A stretch of DNA of 38,217 nucleotides from assembly GCA_035655715.1 (NCBI GenBank), contig DASRTX010000170.1, positions 1 to 38,217 on the forward strand, written 5' to 3'. Position numbers and translations under genes: made by a program. The DNA comes from Myxococcales bacterium (GTDB lineage Bacteria; Myxococcota; Myxococcia; Myxococcales; 40CM-4-68-19). Below are positions 32,973-38,217 of this stretch, piece by piece. The notes under the pieces were generated by a model that made no database searches, was not told where the DNA came from, and was given only the letters and a program-made list of their open reading frames with translations. The first letter of the stretch is position 1; the number at the start of each line of letters is the position of its first letter.

Positions 32973-34315
32973 CCGGGCATGCCGAGCGCGCCGCCGAGTT
33001 CGTGGAGAACGAGGCGCGCCTGCACTGGCACGACCAGGCGGTGTGGTTCGTCCGCAACAAGCGCGACATCGCCCGCAGCTTCGTGCCCGAGTGGGAGGAG
33101 CTGCGAACGCTCGGTTCGCAGATCAAGGCGCACACGCTCTCGCGGCTTCCCGCCTATCTGGAGCAGTTCGAGCGGAACGCGCGGGCCGCCGGCGCGCAGG
33201 TGCACTGGGCCCGCGACGCCGAAGAGCACAACCGCATCGTCCACGGAATCCTCGAGCGGCGCTCTGTCACCCGCCTGGTCAAGAGCAAGTCCATGCTCAC
33301 CGAGGAGTGCCACCTCAACGAATACCTCGAAAAGAACGGCGTCGAGGTGGTGGACACCGACCTGGGCGAGCGGATCGTGCAGTTCCGCCGCGAGCCGCCC
33401 TCGCACATCGTCATGCCCGCCATCCATTTGAAGAAGGAGGAGATCGGCGAGCTGTTCCACGAAAAGCTCGGCACGCCGGCCGGCCTGGCCGACCCCAAGG
33501 CGCTCACCGAGGCGGCGCGCCAGCACCTGCGCGAGAAGTTCCTCGGCGCGCAGGCGGGGCTCACCGGGGTCAACTTCGCCATCGCCTCGACCGGCGGCGT
33601 GGTGGTCTGCACCAACGAGGGCAACGCCGACCTGGGCACCTCGCTGCCGCCCATCCACATCGCCTGCATGGGAGTGGAGAAGCTGGTGCCCTCGCCCCGC
33701 GAGCTGGCGGTCTTCCTCCGGCTGCTGGCGCGCAGCGCCACCGGCCAGCCCATCACCACCTATACCTCGCACTTCCATGGGCCGCGGTCGGGCGCGGAAA
33801 TGCACGTCGTCATCGTCGATCACGGCCGCAGCCGCATCCTGGCGCGCGAGGAATACAGGAACAGCCTCAAGTGCATCCGCTGCGCGGCGTGCATGAACAC
33901 CTGCCCGGTGTACCGGCGCAGCGGGGGCCACAGCTACGGCGTGACGGTCCCTGGCCCCATCGGGTCGATCCTCGCCCCGCACATCGATGCGAAGAAGCAC
34001 GCCGGCCTGCCCTTCGCGTCCTCCCTGTGCGGCTCGTGCACCGACGTCTGCCCGGTGCGCATCGACCTGCACCACCAACTGCTGACGTGGAGGGGCGAGC
34101 TGGCCAGCAGGGGGCTCGTGCCGCTGGGCAAGCGCGTGGTCTCGCGGGTCGGCGGCTGGGTGCTGGCGCGGACCTGGGCCTACCGCCTCTTCGGGAAGCT
34201 GGCCCGCCTCTTCGCGCCGCTCTTGCCCAATCCCTGGACGCGGCAGCGCGAGCTGCCGCCCATGCCGCGCGAGAGCTTCCGCGCGCAATGGAGGAAACGT
34301 GGACGCGCGCGATGA
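32969..34315 (+). CDS. lutB: Lactate utilization protein B (LUD domain plus 2x[4Fe-4S])
   Basis: ATGA overlap with lutA. CIRCAACMNTCP and CGSCTDVCP motifs. LUD-domain block GVNFAIASTGGVVVCTNEGN. Confidence 0.9.
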   Translation: MTGHAERAAEFVENEARLHWHDQAVWFVRNKRDIARSFVPEWEELRTLGSQIKAHTLSRLPAYLEQFERNARAAGAQVHWARDAEEHNRIVHGILERRSVTRLVKSKSMLTEECHLNEYLEKNGVEVVDTDLGERIVQFRREPPSHIVMPAIHLKKEEIGELFHEKLGTPAGLADPKALTEAARQHLREKFLGAQAGLTGVNFAIASTGGVVVCTNEGNADLGTSLPPIHIACMGVEKLVPSPRELAVFLRLLARSATGQPITTYTSHFHGPRSGAEMHVVIVDHGRSRILAREEYRNSLKCIRCAACMNTCPVYRRSGGHSYGVTVPGPIGSILAPHIDAKKHAGLPFASSLCGSCTDVCPVRIDLHHQLLTWRGELASRGLVPLGKRVVSRVGGWVLARTWAYRLFGKLARLFAPLLPNPWTRQRELPPMPRESFRAQWRKRGRAR

Positions 34316-34892
34316 GATCCTGCGCGCGCTCCGCGCCGCCGCAGTCCCGGAGCTACCGCTGCCCGATCTCTCGCGGCTGGAGGCGGTGCGCTATCCCGAC
34401 GTGCGCGAGCGGTTCGCGAAGAGCGTCGTCGAGGTGGGCGGCAGCTGCGTGGCGCTTGCCGCGGGCCAGCCGCTGGAGCAGGCGTTGCTCGCCGTTCCGG
34501 AATATGCCGCGGCGCGGAGGGTGGCCTCGCTGGTGCCGGGCGTCGCCAAGGTGAACGTCGAGGTGGAGTCGGTGCGCGATCCGCACGACCTGCGCGACGT
34601 GGACTATTGCGTTCTGCCCGCCGAGCTGGGGGTCGCGGAGAACGGCGCCTGCTGGATCGTCCACCACGGCGGCGCCAACCGGGCGGTGGCCTTCCTCGCC
34701 CAGCACATCGCCATCGTGGTCCGCGGCGACACGCTGGTGCACAACCTCCATGAAGGCTACGAGCGCGCCGACATCCCCGTCCCCGGCTTCGCCATGTGGC
34801 TCTCCGGGCCCTCGAAGACCGCCGACATCGAGCAATCCCTGGTCATCGGCGCCCACGGCCCCCGCTCCTGCACGGTCTTTCTCGTGGACTAA
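34299..34892 (+). CDS. lutC: Lactate utilization protein C (LUD domain)
   Basis: GTG start preceded by GGAGGAAAC. Overlaps the lutB end by 17 nt. GVAENGACWI and SKTADIEQSLVIGAHGP blocks. Confidence 0.85.
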   Translation: MDARDEILRALRAAAVPELPLPDLSRLEAVRYPDVRERFAKSVVEVGGSCVALAAGQPLEQALLAVPEYAAARRVASLVPGVAKVNVEVESVRDPHDLRDVDYCVLPAELGVAENGACWIVHHGGANRAVAFLAQHIAIVVRGDTLVHNLHEGYERADIPVPGFAMWLSGPSKTADIEQSLVIGAHGPRSCTVFLVD

Positions 34893-34972
34893 TTCGGGGA
34901 CACGATACGTAATTCGTCGTATTGTGTCCCCGAATTGGGATACGACGAATTACGTATCGTGTCCCCGAATTA
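34890..34972. repeat. Nested palindromic repeat element, GGGGACAC family, copy 2
   Basis: 32-nt arms AATTCGGGGACACGATACGTAATTCGTCGTAT (34891..34922) and their exact reverse complement (34940..34971). The 17-nt spacer carries an extra GTGTCCCCGAATT. The outer TAATT/AATTA ends provide the TAA stops of lutC and the permease gene. Confidence 0.9.
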
Positions 34973-36064
34973 TTTCGTGGCGCCGGTGGTCATGCCGCTG
35001 ATGAAGTAGTTCAGCGACAGGCCGTAGACGATGACCACAGGCAGCGAGCCGAGGATGGCGCTGGCCATCAGCGGGCCCCAGAAGTAGACGTCCCCGCGGA
35101 TCATCTCCACCGAGATTCCCACCGGCAGCGTGCGGTTGGCCGTGCTGGAGATGAAGGTCAGCGCGTAGACGTACTCCTGGAAGCTGAGCGTGAAGGCGAA
35201 GATGGCGGCGGTGAGGATGCCCGGGAGCACCACCGGAATCACCACCAGCCGCAGCATCTGCATGCGCGTGGCGCCGTCGAGCAGCGCGCGCTCCTCGATC
35301 TCCTTGGGCACGCCGCGGAAGAAGCCCATCAACAGCCAGGTGCAGAACGGGATGGTGAAGGTGGGGTAGCTGAGAATCAAGGACCAGATGGTGTTGTCGA
35401 TGTGGAGCGCGCCCACCAGCTGCGAGAAGGGAATGAAGAGGATGGTGGGCGGGATCAGGTAGGTGAGGAAGATGGCGATGCCGATGCCGCGGTTTCCGGG
35501 GAAGGTGAGCCGCGCCAGCGCGTAGGCGGCCGGCACCGCGACCAGCAGCGTGATCAGCACCACCGCGAGCCCGGTGAGCAGGCTCACCTGCATCCAGCGG
35601 TAGAACGGCGTGGAGTTGAGGAACTCGTAGTGCGACAGCGTAGGGTTGTCGACGTTGATGTCGCCAATCTCCTGGTTGGGATGTGCGATCTGCCCCTCGG
35701 GCACGTCGATGCGGCTGAGCGTGCCGCTGACGGGGCTGAGGATCTCCTGCTCACCGATCATCGCGATGGGCTTGGGGTTCGCCTCGGCATCGCTGCGCCT
35801 GGTGTGCGAGTTGAGGGGCTGCTGCCAGTGGATGGGCCCCTCCTGGTAGGAGGCCGGGACGATGATGTCCTTGTGGTACGGCTTGCCGGTGCGGCCGTCG
35901 ATGGTGGAGATCAAGAGCGGGTTGCGCGAGAGGTCGTAGAGGTTCGCGTCGGCCTTGAACGAGGTGATGACGCCCCAATAGAAGGGAAAGAGCGCGAAGG
36001 CGAGGAACGGCGCGAGGAACGCCCAGGAGAACAGGTCGTGCCGCAGCCCGCGCAAGAACGTCAC
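34970..36064 (-). CDS. ABC sugar-type transporter permease (MalG/UgpE-like) with a ~95-aa periplasmic insertion after TM1
   Basis: EAA loop region EERALLDGATRMQML. GTG start overlaps the upstream TGA (GTGA). The insertion lies between SFKADANLY and LSHYEFLNSTPFYRW. Confidence 0.85.
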   Translation of the reverse strand: MTFLRGLRHDLFSWAFLAPFLAFALFPFYWGVITSFKADANLYDLSRNPLLISTIDGRTGKPYHKDIIVPASYQEGPIHWQQPLNSHTRRSDAEANPKPIAMIGEQEILSPVSGTLSRIDVPEGQIAHPNQEIGDINVDNPTLSHYEFLNSTPFYRWMQVSLLTGLAVVLITLLVAVPAAYALARLTFPGNRGIGIAIFLTYLIPPTILFIPFSQLVGALHIDNTIWSLILSYPTFTIPFCTWLLMGFFRGVPKEIEERALLDGATRMQMLRLVVIPVVLPGILTAAIFAFTLSFQEYVYALTFISSTANRTLPVGISVEMIRGDVYFWGPLMASAILGSLPVVIVYGLSLNYFISGMTTGATK

Positions 36065-37377
36065 ATGTTCTCCTTGCGCAGCGACTGCAGCATGCCGAAG
36101 ACCGTCACCGCCATGATGGGAAAGAGGAAGAGCGAGATGGCGGCGCCCTTGCCCAGGTAGCCCGCGTTCACGCCCACCTGGTACGCATAGGTCGCGAGCA
36201 TCTGCGTCTGGTCGTAGGGGCCGCCGCGGGTGATGATCCAGATGGTGTTGAAGTCGGTGAAGGAGAACACCACCGAGAAGAGCAGCGAGACCATGAGGAT
36301 GGGCCGCACCATCGGCGCCATGATGTAGAAGAAGCGCTGCAGGGCATTGGTGCCGTCCAGGCGCGCCCGCTCCAGGATCTCGTCGGGGATGGAGGTGAGG
36401 CCGGCGAGGATCACGACCGTGGTGAAGGGAAACCCGCGCCACACGTTCACCACCACCAGCGAGAGCATGGCCAGGGTGGGGTCGCCGCGGAAGTTGAGGA
36501 TGTTGGCGGGCGAGATGATCCCGCTGTGGACCAGGCCCCAGTTGATCACCGAGTAGGTGCTGTCGAGGATCCACAGCCAGGCCTGCCCGGAGATGGCGAT
36601 GGGAATCACCCAGGGGATGACCAGCAGCCCGCGCAGGAACTGGCGGCCGCGGAACTTGCGGTGGAGCAACAGCGCGCAGGGGATGCCGAAGAACAGCTTC
36701 ACCAGCTCGGTGCCGAAGGTGTACTTGAGCGTGTTCTTCACCGCCAGGATGAAGTTGGGATCCTGCTGCACGCCGGTGCCATTGGCCTTGAGCTGCGTCC
36801 CGGCCTTGACCAGGATCGATTCCTTCTCCGCCTTCTTGGCGGTGGCGTGGTCGCTGAAGTTGCCGAACGTGAGCGGCGAGTCGGCCGAGTGGGCCACCAC
36901 CTTGCCGCCCTGGAGCTGCCAGTCCAGGTCGTTGAGGATGGTGGTCGCCACGTAGGTGGCGTCGCCCTCGTTCTCCGACGACACCACCGGGATGGTGCGA
37001 CCCGCCACCTCGAGAGAGGCCTTGAAGCGGGCGCCGTCCGGCGCGGTGGTCACCTTGCCGTCCTTCTTGCCCGCCAAGAACGCCTTCGCTTCCTCGTTCT
37101 TGCCGTCGAAGAGCACGAAGTCGTTGGCGAGCAGGTCGTAGCTCTCCACCTTCGAGTAGTTGGACATCCCGACGTAGTTCCACTTCTGCGCGCCCGCCTG
37201 CGCGTCGGTGAGGCTGAGCCAGATGCTCATCGCGAACGGATAGGCGATGAAGGCGGTGAGATAGAGCAGCGCCGGAATCACCAGCGCGTACCCGAAGGGC
37301 GCCTCGCGCTCCGAGAAGCGCAGCTTGCGCGCCCTCTTCTGGACCTTTGCGTCGGACGGGATGACTAGAGGGCGCAT
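36061..37377 (-). CDS. ABC sugar-type transporter permease (MalF/UgpA-like) with a ~125-aa periplasmic insertion after TM1
   Basis: EAA loop ERARLDGTNALQRFF. The ATG at 37377 overlaps the ATPase gene end by 13 nt. A Lys-rich, lower-GC insert lies between MSNYSKV and DPNFILAVKNT. Confidence 0.85.
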   Translation of the reverse strand: MRPLVIPSDAKVQKRARKLRFSEREAPFGYALVIPALLYLTAFIAYPFAMSIWLSLTDAQAGAQKWNYVGMSNYSKVESYDLLANDFVLFDGKNEEAKAFLAGKKDGKVTTAPDGARFKASLEVAGRTIPVVSSENEGDATYVATTILNDLDWQLQGGKVVAHSADSPLTFGNFSDHATAKKAEKESILVKAGTQLKANGTGVQQDPNFILAVKNTLKYTFGTELVKLFFGIPCALLLHRKFRGRQFLRGLLVIPWVIPIAISGQAWLWILDSTYSVINWGLVHSGIISPANILNFRGDPTLAMLSLVVVNVWRGFPFTTVVILAGLTSIPDEILERARLDGTNALQRFFYIMAPMVRPILMVSLLFSVVFSFTDFNTIWIITRGGPYDQTQMLATYAYQVGVNAGYLGKGAAISLFLFPIMAVTVFGMLQSLRKENM

Positions 37378-38217
37378 TCGTCGGCCTGGTCGAAGAGGTG
37401 CGCCCGCGACAGGTCGAAGAACAGGTCCGCGTTGTCTCCCGGCTTGAGGCCCGGCATGGCCTCGGCCTCGAGCTGTAACAAACCTGCGGGAGTCCGCGCG
37501 GTGAGGATGGTGCGGTGTCCCAGGGGCTCCACCACTTCGATGGTGGAGGGAACGCGCGCCGCGTGCTGGTTGCCGTTCTGCCGGAGCGCGATGTGCTCGG
37601 GCCGCATCCCGAACACCACCTTGCGGCCCGCCAAGGCGGAGAGTCCCGCGCGCGGCACCGGCATGCTCACTCCGCCGGGCAGGGTCACGCCCGCGGCGGT
37701 GATCTCGCCGTCGAAGAAATTCATCGGCGGCGTGCCGATGAAGCCGGCGACGAATCGGGTGGCCGGCTTGTCGTAGACCTCCATCGCCGTGCCTACCTGG
37801 CAGATGCGGCCGCCGTTCATGATCACGATGCGGTCGCCCATGGTCATGGCCTCCACCTGGTCGTGGGTGACGTAGACCATGGTGGACTTCACTTGCTGGT
37901 GCAGGCGCTTGAGCTCGGTGCGCATGTGCACGCGCAGCTTTGCGTCGAGGTTCGAGAGCGGCTCGTCGAAGAGCAGCACGCCCGACTGCCGGCACAGCGC
38001 CGCCCCCACCGCCACGCGCTGGCGCTGGCCGCCGGAGAGCTGGCGCGGCTTGCGCTCGAGCAGCGGCGTGAGGCCGATGATGGCTGCCACCTCGTCGATG
38101 CGGCGGGTGATCTCCTTCTTGGCCACGCCGTGCAGTTCCAGCGCGAAGGAGAGGTTCTTGCGCACCGTCATGTGCGGGTAGAGCGCGTAGCTCTGGAAGA
38201 CCATGGCGATGTCGCGG
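37365..38217 (-). CDS. ABC transporter ATP-binding protein, MalK/UgpC type (N-terminus outside window)
   Basis: Q-loop region (R)DIAMVFQSYALYPH at the window edge. LSGGQRQRVAVG signature, Walker B LLFDEPLSNLD, H-loop YVTHD. C-terminal MalK-like regulatory/TOBE domain. Confidence 0.92.
   Translation of the reverse strand, partial: RDIAMVFQSYALYPHMTVRKNLSFALELHGVAKKEITRRIDEVAAIIGLTPLLERKPRQLSGGQRQRVAVGAALCRQSGVLLFDEPLSNLDAKLRVHMRTELKRLHQQVKSTMVYVTHDQVEAMTMGDRIVIMNGGRICQVGTAMEVYDKPATRFVAGFIGTPPMNFFDGEITAAGVTLPGGVSMPVPRAGLSALAGRKVVFGMRPEHIALRQNGNQHAARVPSTIEVVEPLGHRTILTARTPAGLLQLEAEAMPGLKPGDNADLFFDLSRAHLFDQADECAL

Overview
High-GC (about 70% or more by eye) bacterial chromosomal window, densely coding on both strands with about 40 protein genes. 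I recognised no rRNA, tRNA, CRISPR array, transposase or integrase. The gene content points to Anaeromyxobacter or a close relative in Myxococcota. The strongest clue is a globin-coupled histidine kinase followed by a double-receiver response regulator, which matches my recollection of the published AfGcHK system.

Gene content in order:
- PlsB-like acyltransferase (5-prime partial), GAF-PAS histidine kinase, SDR, DedA, GlgX
- tandem PilZ protein, CBS protein, cupredoxin plus multicopper-oxidase pair
- globin-coupled HK, double-REC RR, REC-HK hybrid
- ArsR plus SRPBCC pair
- hemerythrin-like protein plus sigma-54 activator
- three-gene 2-oxoacid:ferredoxin oxidoreductase (OFOR)
- hyi plus hydroxyacid dehydrogenase, CcsA heme lyase, a second paralogous sigma-54 activator
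- hemN and hemY (divergent), DksA/TraR zinc finger, DoxX, MAPEG
- TerB-like protein plus metal-transporter-like membrane protein, an internally duplicated membrane protein
- lutABC, and a sugar-type ABC importer (3-prime end of the window, ATPase partial)

The overall theme is O2, heme, copper and redox sensing and metabolism.

Most interesting observations, none explained by the CDS calls:
1. A 15-bp palindrome, GCGCAAGRATTGCGC, recurs in three divergent promoter regions (OFOR/hemerythrin, ccsA/EBP2, hemN/hemY). Degenerate copies lie upstream of the globin kinase.
2. Good -24/-12 sigma-54 promoter matches precede at least six transcription units, and the window holds two orphan, inverted, paralogous enhancer-binding proteins.
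3. A nested palindromic repeat family with a GGGGACAC core fills two convergent intergenic gaps. In one gap it supplies both TAA stop codons.
4. A ResB/CcsB-like remnant, broken by frame switches, lies directly after ccsA.
5. A MAPEG ORF runs into a frameshifted FG-GAP-like remnant of lower GC.

All functional calls come from motif recognition by eye. No database search was possible.
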